This document shows positions 49,577-60,732 of a stretch of DNA of 64,000 nucleotides, one piece after another (position 1 is the stretch's first letter; each line of letters opens with the position of its first letter). Both the position numbers and the translations under genes were made by a program. The notes below the pieces were generated by a model, which saw only the letters and a program-made list of their open reading frames with translations, had not been told where the DNA came from and did not search any database. Source of the stretch: Fistulifera solaris (taxonomy: Eukaryota); contig AP026136.1 in assembly GCA_030295235.1 (NCBI GenBank), positions 558,001 to 622,000 on the forward strand. The letters run 5' to 3'.

Positions 49577-50698
49577 ATGGTCTTCATAAGACACCGTAGT
49601 CGAAAGCATTCTTCTTGTTCAATTTCTTCTTCGTCGTCGTCTGGATCGAGTGCGCCAGGGATCGAGCACAGTGATTCAGAATCGGAGGATGGGTCTTTTC
49701 GAGACCAACTGCTTACACCAACCGACCACTTTAGTAGACCCTCCTGCAAACCATACGTTGGGTTTCTATCTCAGTTAATGATCGCAACTCTCGTCATTGG
49801 CGGAAATGCACTGCTTCTTTTCGGAACGCTTTTTCGTCCCCAGATCATCGGTCTCTATGTTGTCCTGCCGTATTACATTTGCATTACTCTGATCAGCTCA
49901 CCTCAGAGGGACTTTGGATGGGCATGGAAGCGTTTCTCGCAGAATTTTTTCGTACTCGCTGTTCTTCGGAAGTTCCTGGGGATACATCTGGTAATCAATG
50001 AGTCCCTTGCAGAAGCTCAAGCAAAAGAAAAGGCGCAGTTCGTGTTTGCCGTTTTTCCGCACGGTGCCAACGCCGACTATAGTGGTGTCATCAATGGAAT
50101 GCTTTATGATTCGCTTCCTAATATTGCAGCACGAACAAGGACGCTCGTGGCAACTATTCTGTTTCGCATCCCCATGGTGCGAGAAATCTCACTTTGGATG
50201 GGATGTGTCGATGCCCGTCGGGACGTAGCCGATCGGCTTTTAGAAAAGAACTACTCTCTTGTGGTTTTACCGGGAGGACAGGTGGAGCAAATCAGGACCA
50301 CTCATGGTCGTGAGAGAATCTTTCTGAAGCGTCGCAAAGGCTTCATAAGGCTAGCCCTGAAGCATGGAGTCCCGGTGGTCCCTGTATATGCGTTCGGCGT
50401 GTCGGACTACTACCACACATCTCATTTTGCCATGGGCTTCCGTCGTTGGTTGCTCAAGAAAATGGGAATATCAATTCCTATTGCCCGAGGCCTCTATGGA
50501 ACGTTAATTAGCCCACTTCCTGTCCCTACCACCGTTGTATTTGGTGAACCCATTCACTTTAGCATAATGAAACCGGGTGCTCCGACACACGAAGAAATCG
50601 AAATGGCGCATGCTGTCTATTGTGAAGGTCTAGTGGATCTGTTCGAGACGCACAAAACTGCTTTGGGCTACGGTGATCGGCTTTTGGAGATTGAGTGA
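49577..50698 (+). CDS. DGAT2: Diacylglycerol acyltransferase type 2 / MGAT family (copy 1)
   Basis: N-terminal TM pair; FPHG; LFRIPMVRE; VLPGGQVEQ; RRKGFIRLALKHGVPVVPVYAFG; VVFGEPI. Confidence 0.9.
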   Translation: MVFIRHRSRKHSSCSISSSSSSGSSAPGIEHSDSESEDGSFRDQLLTPTDHFSRPSCKPYVGFLSQLMIATLVIGGNALLLFGTLFRPQIIGLYVVLPYYICITLISSPQRDFGWAWKRFSQNFFVLAVLRKFLGIHLVINESLAEAQAKEKAQFVFAVFPHGANADYSGVINGMLYDSLPNIAARTRTLVATILFRIPMVREISLWMGCVDARRDVADRLLEKNYSLVVLPGGQVEQIRTTHGRERIFLKRRKGFIRLALKHGVPVVPVYAFGVSDYYHTSHFAMGFRRWLLKKMGISIPIARGLYGTLISPLPVPTTVVFGEPIHFSIMKPGAPTHEEIEMAHAVYCEGLVDLFETHKTALGYGDRLLEIE

Positions 50699-51152
50699 GT
50701 AGATAGAAGCTTCCTTGTCAACACATGAGACCTTTCTCTTCCATTTCGACAGCCTTGATGACATCTGTCTGTTTGAGCTCTCTCGTGGGACAATTGCCTG
50801 TGCACCGAACGACGGGTTGGAAGATCCGACCCTCATCAGGAAAGAATGCAAAATTTGAGTGTTTTCATTCCCTGTTCACGTTAACTATGACAACAAACCC
50901 ACATCGTCTCAGTGGAACTCGCTATACATCGTACTGCATTTCCTCTATAAATTTATGGCTATATCTTTTTAAAATTGTTGGTTACTCAATCCTGGCACAC
51001 TGTTGAGTTTCGGCAACCTTAGGTCCACAAAAATCTTACCGGTACTCGTCGTCCTATTTCTTTTTTTTAGACGGAGATACAAATGCCTTTTTCATTTCAT
51101 TTTTCAACTTTTCTTCGTATTTAGCGCTTACACATGCTTGTCATCTGATCTA

Positions 51153-52157
51153 ATGAAACAATCATCATCAAGGCAGATTATCCCAGCGAGGCCCGACGAA
51201 GGCTGCAGCGAGCTTCTTGGTTTTTTGGCAGTGAGTCTTGTCACTGTGCCTGTCATTGGTTTCAATGTTTTGCTCCTGCTGGGATTTTATTTGTACCCCA
51301 AGCACGTGGGCCTTTTCGTCATTCTCCCATACTACACGTATATCTTGGCTTTGAGTCGGCCAGAACGAAAATACTCGGCGCGATGGGAATGGTTTTCGCG
51401 GAACTTTCCGCTTTTGCAAACCTTTCGACGATACCTTCGCATGAAAGTGATTGTTAATGACAAATTGAAGGATGCGCAAAGTAAAGAACACGCTCAATTC
51501 TTGTTTGCTGTTTTTCCTCATGGGTGTAATTCGGACTATCGCATAGCCCTGGACGGTATGCTGTTTGATGCTGTACCAAATGTGGCTAGGAACGTTACGT
51601 CGTTGGCGGCCACTGTGCTCTTTCGAATACCGCTGGTCCGCGAGCTGGCACTTTGGACAAATTGTGTCGACGCCAGTCGAAGTGTAGCGGATAATCTCCT
51701 GCACAAGGGAAAGTCGATCCTTGTTTTGCCGGGCGGACAAGCCGAACAAATTCATACTGTCTATGGACGAGAGATTGTATACTTGAAGAAGCGAAAAGGA
51801 TTTATCAAACTCGCCATGACACATGGTGTCCCTGTCGTACCGGGGTATGTTTTTGGGGCATCTGATTACTTTTACACGTCGTCGTTTGCTCTTAACTTTC
51901 GTTTGTGGCTGGTCAAAACCCTGGGAATTTCCATTCCACTGGCGTTTGGTCAATACTTTACGCCTCTGTGCCCAAGACCGGTCGCTACTACTATTGTATT
52001 TGGTGATCCCATTCGCTTTACAACAAAGATCGATAGACAACCAATTGTAGAAGAGGTCGACCAAGCTCACGCACAATTCTGTTTGGCATTGACTTGTCTT
52101 TTCGATCATCACAAAAAGGAATTTGGTTACGGTGACCGCGTGTTGGAAATCTGCTAG
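51153..52157 (+). CDS. DGAT2: Diacylglycerol acyltransferase type 2 / MGAT family (copy 2)
   Basis: FPHG; LFRIPLVRE; VLPGGQAEQ; KRKGFIKLAMTHGVPVVPGYVFG; IVFGDPI; same GYGDR.LEI ending as copy 1. Confidence 0.9.
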   Translation: MKQSSSRQIIPARPDEGCSELLGFLAVSLVTVPVIGFNVLLLLGFYLYPKHVGLFVILPYYTYILALSRPERKYSARWEWFSRNFPLLQTFRRYLRMKVIVNDKLKDAQSKEHAQFLFAVFPHGCNSDYRIALDGMLFDAVPNVARNVTSLAATVLFRIPLVRELALWTNCVDASRSVADNLLHKGKSILVLPGGQAEQIHTVYGREIVYLKKRKGFIKLAMTHGVPVVPGYVFGASDYFYTSSFALNFRLWLVKTLGISIPLAFGQYFTPLCPRPVATTIVFGDPIRFTTKIDRQPIVEEVDQAHAQFCLALTCLFDHHKKEFGYGDRVLEIC

Positions 52158-52848
52158 CCAAATTTGACATACAATAACGAGGTATACATACTAGCAGATG
52201 CAAATTCACTGCCACGACCAGTGAATATGTTAGCTAAATATTGTTTAGCATGGCAAACTTCGATACGAAAAATCATTTGAATTCATCGTGCTCATGCTCC
52301 ATCTCTATACCGGTACGTAGCAATGCCGCACAACTATGCGAACTGATTCAGTCGGGTTAAGGGGTTGCATATTTCAAAACTCAATCATCTACGTCAGAAC
52401 ACAACTCTGCAACTTCAGTCATATACAGTGAACTCTTGCATGGGGTCAATTTTGTTTATTTCCGTCCACATGATGATTTATATGAAATGCAGTTGTTTCT
52501 TTAAACACACTTCGACAGAATTCAAGCAACATTTCGAAGGGACGTGTTTTTTTTAAAACCTTCCTGATCTTATGTATCATCAAAGGGTGCAGACTATAGA
52601 ACAATATCATTTTCGTGACTCCGTTATTTTCAGTCATTAGTCGTCGTGAACTTGCTACGAAGTATACGCTGTACTGTATACCAGAGAACAAAATTCCGCC
52701 CGTTTCATTTTTGATGCAACGAATGTAGCGGAACAAGCCTGTGATATTGATTGCCCTTTCGATCTTTGGCTACGTTCGGCCAACGGACTCCTTCGTTATA
52801 CAAGTCCGGAAGCCGATTCCTTGTGAGATTCTGAAGAGTGAAAGAAAG

Positions 52849-53923
52849 ATGGGAGACGATGCTGACCCGTTTGACGTCTTTGATGAAAGTGACGGCGAAA
52901 GAGAGGAAACGACAAAAGAAGCGCAAATTCTTCGCGATCCGGAAAATGGAGTGCTGATGTTTCACGGAGGCACAGAAAAAGCTCTGCTAGTTTTTGTGAA
53001 GAATAATCTGTCGAGAGAACAGCTGGCTTTGCCTCCTTCCGATAAACTTGTTCTGCTGATTGATCTGATTGATCGGTTTTGTTACGAGAGACATTGGGTA
53101 AGATCGAAACTTGCTTTGAAGTTGTGTTGACTGGTATGTTGTTGTGAACTCAACTCTTCCGACGAACTACAACAAGATGATGAACATTGGACCCGAAAAA
53201 GGAAAAACGCTTGAACAGTTTCTCGGGGAATGTTTAGAAGCAAATCGCGCAAAGACAAGCGATCCATTTACATTTGTCGAGCTCGGAACGTACTGTGGTT
53301 ATTCGTGTTTACGTTTCTTGCATCGTATTTTACAAATGCGGGAAGTAGGTCAGTTTCATATCTTTACTGTCGATATAGAAATCGAAAGGATCCAAATTGC
53401 GAAGGAATTCGTAGAAATGGCTGGATTGCAAGACTGTGTTACGTTCCTTCAAGTGTCGAGTGCTCGTCTATCACGAGACACTCAGCCACTATCCGGTCTG
53501 CTATTGAATGCTATGCGAGAACGGCTTAAGTCACAAACGGAAGCCGTACCGCAGATTGATTTCCTATTTATCGACCATGAGAAGACCGAATATTTGTCGG
53601 ATTTCAAAGAACTACACTTAAATTATTTTATTCAGAAGGGAACCTTTGTGGCAGCGGATAATGTTCTATTTCACGGAATCGATGACTACAGGTCCTACAT
53701 AAGAAACCTGGTCAAGGAAGGCGTTGTGACTTCACGGCTGGTGGAAGGTTCGCTTGAGTATGTGAATGAACTTACCCTTGAACAGGAGCGTCATTTGTCG
53801 AAAGTCCGCGATGGTATAGGTAAGCATGCGGAAGTCTACAGGAGATGTTTCGATGTTCTCCTTTTTCCACTCACGACATTGATAGAGTTGACAGTTTTTC
53901 ACAAATCTCCAAGCCTAGACTGA
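52849..53923 (+). CDS. Catechol O-methyltransferase-like SAM-dependent methyltransferase
   Basis: IDRFC..HW|MMNIGPEKG, VELGTYCGYS, FLFIDHEK..YLSD, VAADNV, LEY...DGI|E. Introns 53098-53176 and 53820-53885. Confidence 0.88.
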
Positions 53924-54258
53924 TAAATTTCTGTCTTTCTGATCGGTCCCTACTAACTATCAAAATGAATTATCTGATACATGCATTTTGCCATCTAACA
54001 AAATGCTTTTGCTAATTGTTCTTCGTTTTTGATCTCTATGGTGAGTTCGAGAAAATAATGCTTCGTGACTGATATGCAGTCGTTGTTAAATCCCAAGTCC
54101 TAACAGGAGGTGGCGATGATTAAGTTTAGCTCTGTGTTTAGCCGAAGGGCCTAGTTTAATACCCAAAGCTCGTGCGTATTTATCACAATGTTTTCGCAAT
54201 AGCATACGCGTTCCTTTTAACTGAATCTCATTTTGAAGATTTCTTATGGAACAAGCAT

Positions 54259-55146
54259 TCATCGATTCTCTAGATATGAAGCAATTATTTTCAAGGACTC
54301 AGTGCTGCTGACTTCCGTGAAACATGTCACATCACTCTTCGCTCGTTTGCGATGGTCTGGTCTCAAAACCCAAACATCCAGGCATATCTTGCTCTTATTT
54401 TGTCCCTGTAGCATGTATCCTACTAACTTCTGGATAATTTCGGGAAGAGTTCGTTTCCTTATTTTTTCATAACGGTCAATCAAATATAACAGAAGGCGAT
54501 CTTGATCTCTCCCCGCGCAGCAGAAATAACAGTCTTCTAAGCCACCACCAGGGTCCGTTCGAAACAAACGCGACGGGCCTACGGTCTCGCCGTGCGATGG
54601 ATCTCTTCCCAAAACAATGGCCGTACATCCCAATGGCCTAGCTCCTCCAGATCGTGTTAATGTGTGCTGAATAGCAGCAGATTGCTGAGCCGCTTCCTCC
54701 ACAGTCATGGGCTCACCATACGATAGCTTATGCTGTCGAGCCGAAGATCGCAAATACGCGGCCAGAGTCCTGGCGTCCCCAGATAAACCCGCCGTGAAGA
54801 GCCATAGGTGATCATCGATGCGGTGGACTTTTGCTGAGCGTGTGGCTCTCTCCTTGGGCTGAGCCACTAACACAATAATGCTTCCGTTATCGGCTAGAAA
54901 GGCCATTATATTCTCCCCGCGCTTGGTTGCCTCAATGCTGTATTCTACCTGAAGTAAACGACCGGAAGGATCGAATGTAGTAATTGATCTGTCGTAGCGT
55001 TGTTGACTGTTTGCATTTTTGGATACTTCGATTCGCCGGCGCGAGTGGGCGGCTTGAGCATTCTGTACTATCAAAATGAAGAAGAAACAAAAAAGCTTCC
55101 AGCAAAGATATCTTTCGATTGATCTTCTCATTCTATTACGATACAT
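54259..55146 (-). CDS. Divergent 20S proteasome alpha-type subunit with N-terminal signal peptide (probable periplastid-compartment copy)
   Basis: YDRSITTFDPSGRLLQVEY, AGLSGDAR, RPLG, LFRTDPGG, preceded by hydrophobic LFCFFFILIVQNAQA and Arg-rich AHSRRR. Confidence 0.8.
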   Translation of the reverse strand: MYRNRMRRSIERYLCWKLFCFFFILIVQNAQAAHSRRRIEVSKNANSQQRYDRSITTFDPSGRLLQVEYSIEATKRGENIMAFLADNGSIIVLVAQPKERATRSAKVHRIDDHLWLFTAGLSGDARTLAAYLRSSARQHKLSYGEPMTVEEAAQQSAAIQHTLTRSGGARPLGCTAIVLGRDPSHGETVGPSRLFRTDPGGGLEDCYFCCAGRDQDRLLLYLIDRYEKIRKRTLPEIIQKLVGYMLQGQNKSKICLDVWVLRPDHRKRAKSDVTCFTEVSSTESLKIIASYLENR

Positions 55147-55629
55147 GATCGACTTCTTTGACTTGTTTGTGAAGGATGCAGAATGCAGCAGTTTGTTGTG
55201 GTTTGTCGCCTGGTCGTGATAAAATGCGATTGTGTGCCGGCGTGCCTCATCCATTTAGGGTTAACGCTAAGTACTACGTAGGATAACGCATCACTCGACG
55301 CTACGCACGCAGGGCGAACGCGCTCTCTGTCTGCCAACCGGTCAGGCGGAAAGCTAGTACACAGTATGCACTATAAAGTAGACACCTCGTCGCAGTCGCA
55401 GAGTGACGTTTTCATTTCGGCCATTTTTGCCATTCGAACGAACCGACGACGAAAAAGCGTCACCCTGCACCCTGCCCATTTCAACGACTGCTGGTTGTTG
55501 TCAATCGACTTTCTACTTCAACTTGCAATGTATGCAAGTCGGGGTTCCGAAGTAACTGAGGCGATAGAGCACAAGACAACAACACACATCCGTTAAGCTG
55601 TAATTGTTCAATAGAGTTTGTCGACTACC

Positions 55630-56298
55630 ATGAAAAAGTGTTTTCTGCTTCAGCTTTTCGCTATCGAAATTCTTCAATTGACCCCTGCCTGTATAGGCTT
55701 CTTGGTCCCAGCAGCACAGGGCCTTACATTTCGAAGAAAATATGATTTATTCGCAGCCGAACACGAAGTTATTGATCCATTAATTAAAAACCAGTCGCTG
55801 TACGAAAAGTTAGAAAGTGTCGAAATAACGCCCTCGCCCGATCTTCCCGAGTCCCCACCTCTCTCCTACGACAAATTCCTCACGATGCAGGACAAGAGGG
55901 TCGTAGTAACAATTCGATACTCACAAGGTGCCGGCCTACGACCCTATTTTCTCACTGTGGCCAAGAAAATCAAGTCGTCGCACCCAGATGTTGTTCTGGA
56001 GCGTCTCATATTACCCGGTGTTTTAGATGCCGATGAGGAGGCCACCTTCGAAGTGCTGGTAGATGGTCGTGTCGTCGTTGGAAAAGGAAGATCTTCCAAG
56101 CAAAAGGTCGGTCTGGTAGATATGACCCATGCGCGTAGTGTGTTTGTTTCCATGAAAGAGCTCGATGTGGCAATCTCACGATCTCGACGCAAACGACGAC
56201 CATCGACAGCTTACGGAGGTGAGAAGTCTCCCAGTGGAGTTGCTCGTAAGGAAATGTTAAGGAGGCTTAAAGAAGGGATGCAAGGGAAGGGTGAATAG
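55630..56298 (+). CDS. Rdx (SelT/SelW/SelH)-like thioredoxin-fold protein lacking CxxC/CxxU, probably plastid-targeted
   Basis: VVVTIRYSQGAGLRPYF...IKSSHPDV...TFEVLVDGRVV pattern; signal peptide ending CIG-F. Confidence 0.55.
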   Translation: MKKCFLLQLFAIEILQLTPACIGFLVPAAQGLTFRRKYDLFAAEHEVIDPLIKNQSLYEKLESVEITPSPDLPESPPLSYDKFLTMQDKRVVVTIRYSQGAGLRPYFLTVAKKIKSSHPDVVLERLILPGVLDADEEATFEVLVDGRVVVGKGRSSKQKVGLVDMTHARSVFVSMKELDVAISRSRRKRRPSTAYGGEKSPSGVARKEMLRRLKEGMQGKGE

Positions 56299-57073
56299 AA
56301 GCAGAAAAGTTACGTTTGCTTGATGAATGGCTTGTTGATCTCGATAAACGTTCCCTCATGAAGTGTCAAAAGCAGCCTAAATGCGTCACTAGGAAATATG
56401 GAAAATAACGCTATGAAATCAGATTAAATGATGCTTGAAGAAGTATTTTTGAGGCCGTTGGTATTCGAGAGAACGGTGTAAAAGTGATCAATGTCTGAGG
56501 GACCCTTTAGCATAGATACCCACTGCTTATTCCTTTTCGCCTGTGCTTCCTTTTGATCACATCGGTAGACAAAAATGATAGGACTATTCGCACAAGAATC
56601 ACGCACCTCTAGAGTCTAGAGGTCTAGCTATTGCTTTCTAGACGCGTCAACCTAAAGATGGATTATTAGGGTTCAAGGTTAAAACATGGTTTCCGAAAGT
56701 CCGAAAGGCCTTCATGGTGAACTTACACAACGTGACTCAAATAGCAGAAAACAAAAGATCGTTTCCGAAATTCGAGAAGGCTTCATCCATTGATAGGTCG
56801 GGATTTTGTGTACAAAATCCTCATAGTGCAAACCACAGATGCTGCCTGCTGTTTGGATTTTCAAGAAGTAAATTCGCTTGGTTTCTGTTCAAAAACAACT
56901 GCACCTTCCGTTTTTCCATCGCCACGACGCTTTTTAGTTGCCTCAACAAACAGCATTTGCTTTTATGATTGCTTGCATTTCACTGAAAACATAGCTTTGA
57001 TTCCACTCATAGTAAAGTTGCAACACAGCCGGTACCTACAGGCTTAGCGGAAAACGAGCTCTTGGTATCAGAA

Positions 57074-58378
57074 ATGTCGAAAGAACGCTTATCTCAATGG
57101 AGGGAGCCGGAAGACGCACGCTCTCAAGACTCGGAGCGGAGTGACCACTTCGATCGAGGATATTCTCGTAATGCTGCGCAGCTGATGAACCCAGAAACCA
57201 ATTATTCTGCATCCATGTCATCTGCTATGTCATGTGTCTCAGAAACACAGCGAAGCGATCTAGCAACTGTCTGTTCCAACAGCATTGCCGAAGACATCGA
57301 ACTGGAGAGTGTACTTTCGCAGGAAGATCAACATACGGCTCTGGTCGCTCAGCACTCTCCAGTGGGTTCTCGACGGGTTACACGAGCGCGGCTGGTAGAA
57401 TTCACAGCTACTGCAGCAATTATGAGTCACCAGTTTTTACCGAATGCAGCCTTGGCGTCAGGGGAAGGAACCTCGTCGTTTCATAATAATATGGGGCCTC
57501 CACTGAGTCGCTCGCTATTACAACAAAAAGTAGACGGCTCGCATATGCGAATCAGCTCGACGAATTCCGTGAAATCCACGAGTTCCGTCAAGTCATTCGG
57601 ATCACATACCGGTAGTGAAGTCATGTCAAAATTGCGTTTGGATGATTGCAGTGGATCGCTAGAAGACGAAATGATAAGTTCCAAGGCAGTCCTGACCAGC
57701 TCGAGACCCAGTTCTGTGAAATCCTTTGGTTCGGCGGGGACCGATGATTGCAGTGGTTCTCTTGATGTTGAAACACATTCAATCGAGACAAAATCCGTGC
57801 ACAGTCAAGAAGATACATTCAACGCTGATCCGGACGCTGGCAAAGAGAGTGAACCAGACGAGCACAAAATGAGCGGTGTTGTTGCGGAAGATGTATCAAC
57901 GAATGAAGGTCGAATGAGTCCTGGAGGCACCCTATACAAGGGCAAAGGTTCGTTTCGATATAAAGGACGTTTCATGCATCTTCCTTTGATGAGATTTCAT
58001 CACGGAGGTGTACATTTGGATATGGATCAAGAGGATGGGAACGCTCGGCAGATAATTTGGATGTGTGATAATGAGCCAGGTAGGCGTAGTGCAAGAAGCA
58101 GTCCACTTTGTGAAGAATCACTTGCCATGCACGATCCAAGACGTGATGCGGAACTTATTGCCCGTTATCACGGGATCCATGATCGAGTGAGAAACAACAT
58201 GAACGCACACGGAGGTTCCTACATGACCCGGGCCCGCAGTCGTAGCAGAAGTCGAAGTCGAAGTCCAACAAAAAATGAGCAAAGACCTTACGAATCGGAC
58301 AGGGCAACTTTGCAACCGATTTTGTCAGGTCCGTCCGATTCTCGCAGCGACGGAATGTCTCGTGCAAAGTTAAATTAA
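57074..58378 (+). CDS. Ser-rich, largely disordered hypothetical protein
   Basis: Long uninterrupted ORF; internal repeat SVKSFGS...DDCSGSL (x2); RSRSRSRSRS tract. Confidence 0.65.
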   Translation: MSKERLSQWREPEDARSQDSERSDHFDRGYSRNAAQLMNPETNYSASMSSAMSCVSETQRSDLATVCSNSIAEDIELESVLSQEDQHTALVAQHSPVGSRRVTRARLVEFTATAAIMSHQFLPNAALASGEGTSSFHNNMGPPLSRSLLQQKVDGSHMRISSTNSVKSTSSVKSFGSHTGSEVMSKLRLDDCSGSLEDEMISSKAVLTSSRPSSVKSFGSAGTDDCSGSLDVETHSIETKSVHSQEDTFNADPDAGKESEPDEHKMSGVVAEDVSTNEGRMSPGGTLYKGKGSFRYKGRFMHLPLMRFHHGGVHLDMDQEDGNARQIIWMCDNEPGRRSARSSPLCEESLAMHDPRRDAELIARYHGIHDRVRNNMNAHGGSYMTRARSRSRSRSRSPTKNEQRPYESDRATLQPILSGPSDSRSDGMSRAKLN

Positions 58379-58478
58379 GAGATAAGGCGTTGTGTTCATT
58401 TTTGACACGAATGCATGTGATAACAGCTCATTAGTTTTAACTGTTAACTTTACTTGTTAAACTATCTTTGTAATGCAC

Positions 58479-60140
58479 TCAGTAGAGGCGCTTCTGGTAA
58501 CTATGGAGACTATGAACTCCTCCTTCGGATTGGGCAGCGGGGGATCGAATTTCAAATCTCAATTTATCGGCATACAACTTCTCTTGAGCCTCCGCGACGC
58601 TGGCGCATCCTGCATCTTGTAGGCCATGGCGGAGACCCTGCATTAGGTAAGGAATGTAACGACGAAGAGTACCCTTGTCTTGAACCGCCCCACTAACGCC
58701 CTGAGCAACTTTAATGGCGGTCGTTGTATTCTCCCAAACATATCGTTTTTCAGAACCTTTCTCCATGGCTTCGAGACTACCCATACCACGGTATCGCTTC
58801 AAGCGAACACCGTCTTGGTAAAAATACTCGCCAGGAGACTCGTCTGTCCCAGCCAACATACCACCCATCATCACACATCCCGCTCCCAGACAAAGCGCTT
58901 TTGCAATGTGACCTGTCGACTTGATACCACCGTCAGCAACGATCGGAATTCCGTGGCGCTTGGCAAACTTTGCCACGTGGTAAACAGCACTCGCTTGAGC
59001 ACGCCCGACAGCACAAACTTCTTGCGTAGTACAGATACTTCCAATGCCCATTCCGACACGGAGACCATCTACTCCAGCTTCAATCAAGTGTAAAGCCTGT
59101 GAAGGTGTGACAACATTACCACCAATCACGTCGACTTTCGGGAATTCGGCTTTCAAATAGCGGATAATATCAAGCTGATACACCGAGTCCCCTTGACTCG
59201 AGTCGACCACAATGACATCGACGCCAGCATCCACCAGCGCCTTGGCGCGATCGCGGTCTTCGGGTCGCGTTCCAATGGAGGCACCGACTAAGAGCTGTTT
59301 GTTCACGTTGTCTTTGGAGGCCAAAGGGTAGTCGATGTTTTTCTGAAGATCCGTGCGCGCAATCAAAGCCACGAGTTCATCCTTCTCATTGACAACGGGC
59401 AGCTTTCCTTTCTTGGACTTTTTCAAAATATCATTCGCTTCGATGAGAGAAACACCTTCTTTGGCGGAAACCAACTTATCACGGGGCGTCATAAAGTCGC
59501 TGACAGGAACGTTGGGGTCTTCGATGAACGACGTGTCTCGATTCGAAATGATGCCCAACAACTTTCCTCCAAGTCTTCCACATTCCGTAACGGGGAAAGA
59601 TGAAAATCCCAGCTTATCCTTCGTTCGCCAGACTTCTTCCAGCGTCATATCGGGTGATAGACAAACGGGGTCGGTGATGAAACCATTTTTAAACTTTTTC
59701 ACTTTGAGCACTTCTGCTGCTTGATCTTCAATACTCATGTTCGAATGAATAATCCCGATCCCTCCCTGCAACGCCATCATGATTGCCATCTTATGCTCTG
59801 TGACAGTGTCCATCGGACTGGAAACAAAGGGGGCTTGGAGACGAATATTCTTGGTCAACTGAGACGAAATGTCAATCTCGTTGAGGCCGAAACCAATATG
59901 ACCAGGCATCAAAATCAAGTCATCATACGTGTAAGCAATACAGGATGTATTGCGAACAAATATCTGAGAAGGAGTGAAGCTGAAGGGAAAACGATTTGTG
60001 AGATTGATAAAGATGGAGGACGACCAGGCTATTCTTTTTTTTTTTCGTAGAACAAAATCGTACCCTTCAGCACCCGAGTTGAGAGTCTCCTCATCGATCT
60101 CGGAAAGCTTTTGTCGTTTGCTTCCGTTTTCTCCGCTCAT
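58479..60140 (-). CDS. IMPDH: Inosine-5'-monophosphate dehydrogenase with CBS pair
   Basis: [49 protein letters not shown]. Intron 60063-59980. Confidence 0.97.
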   Translation of the reverse strand: MSGENGSKRQKLSEIDEETLNSGAEGYDFVLRKKKRIAWSSSIFINLTNRFPFSFTPSQIFVRNTSCIAYTYDDLILMPGHIGFGLNEIDISSQLTKNIRLQAPFVSSPMDTVTEHKMAIMMALQGGIGIIHSNMSIEDQAAEVLKVKKFKNGFITDPVCLSPDMTLEEVWRTKDKLGFSSFPVTECGRLGGKLLGIISNRDTSFIEDPNVPVSDFMTPRDKLVSAKEGVSLIEANDILKKSKKGKLPVVNEKDELVALIARTDLQKNIDYPLASKDNVNKQLLVGASIGTRPEDRDRAKALVDAGVDVIVVDSSQGDSVYQLDIIRYLKAEFPKVDVIGGNVVTPSQALHLIEAGVDGLRVGMGIGSICTTQEVCAVGRAQASAVYHVAKFAKRHGIPIVADGGIKSTGHIAKALCLGAGCVMMGGMLAGTDESPGEYFYQDGVRLKRYRGMGSLEAMEKGSEKRYVWENTTTAIKVAQGVSGAVQDKGTLRRYIPYLMQGLRHGLQDAGCASVAEAQEKLYADKLRFEIRSPAAQSEGGVHSLHSYQKRLY

Positions 60141-60732
60141 ATTTCCTGTTATTTCTAGAAAGCCTTGACTGTTTTACAAATAAAAAAATGGTGTGGATTG
60201 GAGTATTGGATGCGTCGTGGGCGGAACAATGAATTTGTTGTGACAAAAAAAAAAGCTTGGTGGGAAGAGGCCGCTTCGAAACGGAAAAAGGAAAAAGTGT
60301 GCGCCGAGATGCCTGCACATTTTGGTTGGATGTCAGACGTCGGTGGTAATCGTACGGAAGACGGACACAAGTGACTGATGTTTATCACGGGACTCGGACA
60401 CTCGGACAGACGCAGCTTACATTCCAACGACTTCCGACAAAAATCAACGGTCAAATAATGTCAAATCGATCCAAAAAAATACACAACTTGATGTTTCTTG
60501 TGCCAAGCAGATCCATATCATTGGCGTGTCAGTTGTTTCCTTCCTTTAGTGTAACTATCAGCTCCTTGAACGAAATTATGTTAGCTTTGATTCTCGCTCC
60601 GGTTAAGGAGTTTTTGCCGGATTGGCCCGAATGGTAATGAGCAAAATGAAGAGAGTTTCGCACGCCAAATGTTGCTTCTCTGACTTCTCCCATGATATTC
60701 TTTCCCTTAGGTCACTGGATATTTTAATCACA

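Noticed and set aside
51168..52112. 314-aa antisense ORF
   Set aside because: Lies wholly opposite DGAT2 copy 2 and has no motifs; a shadow ORF.
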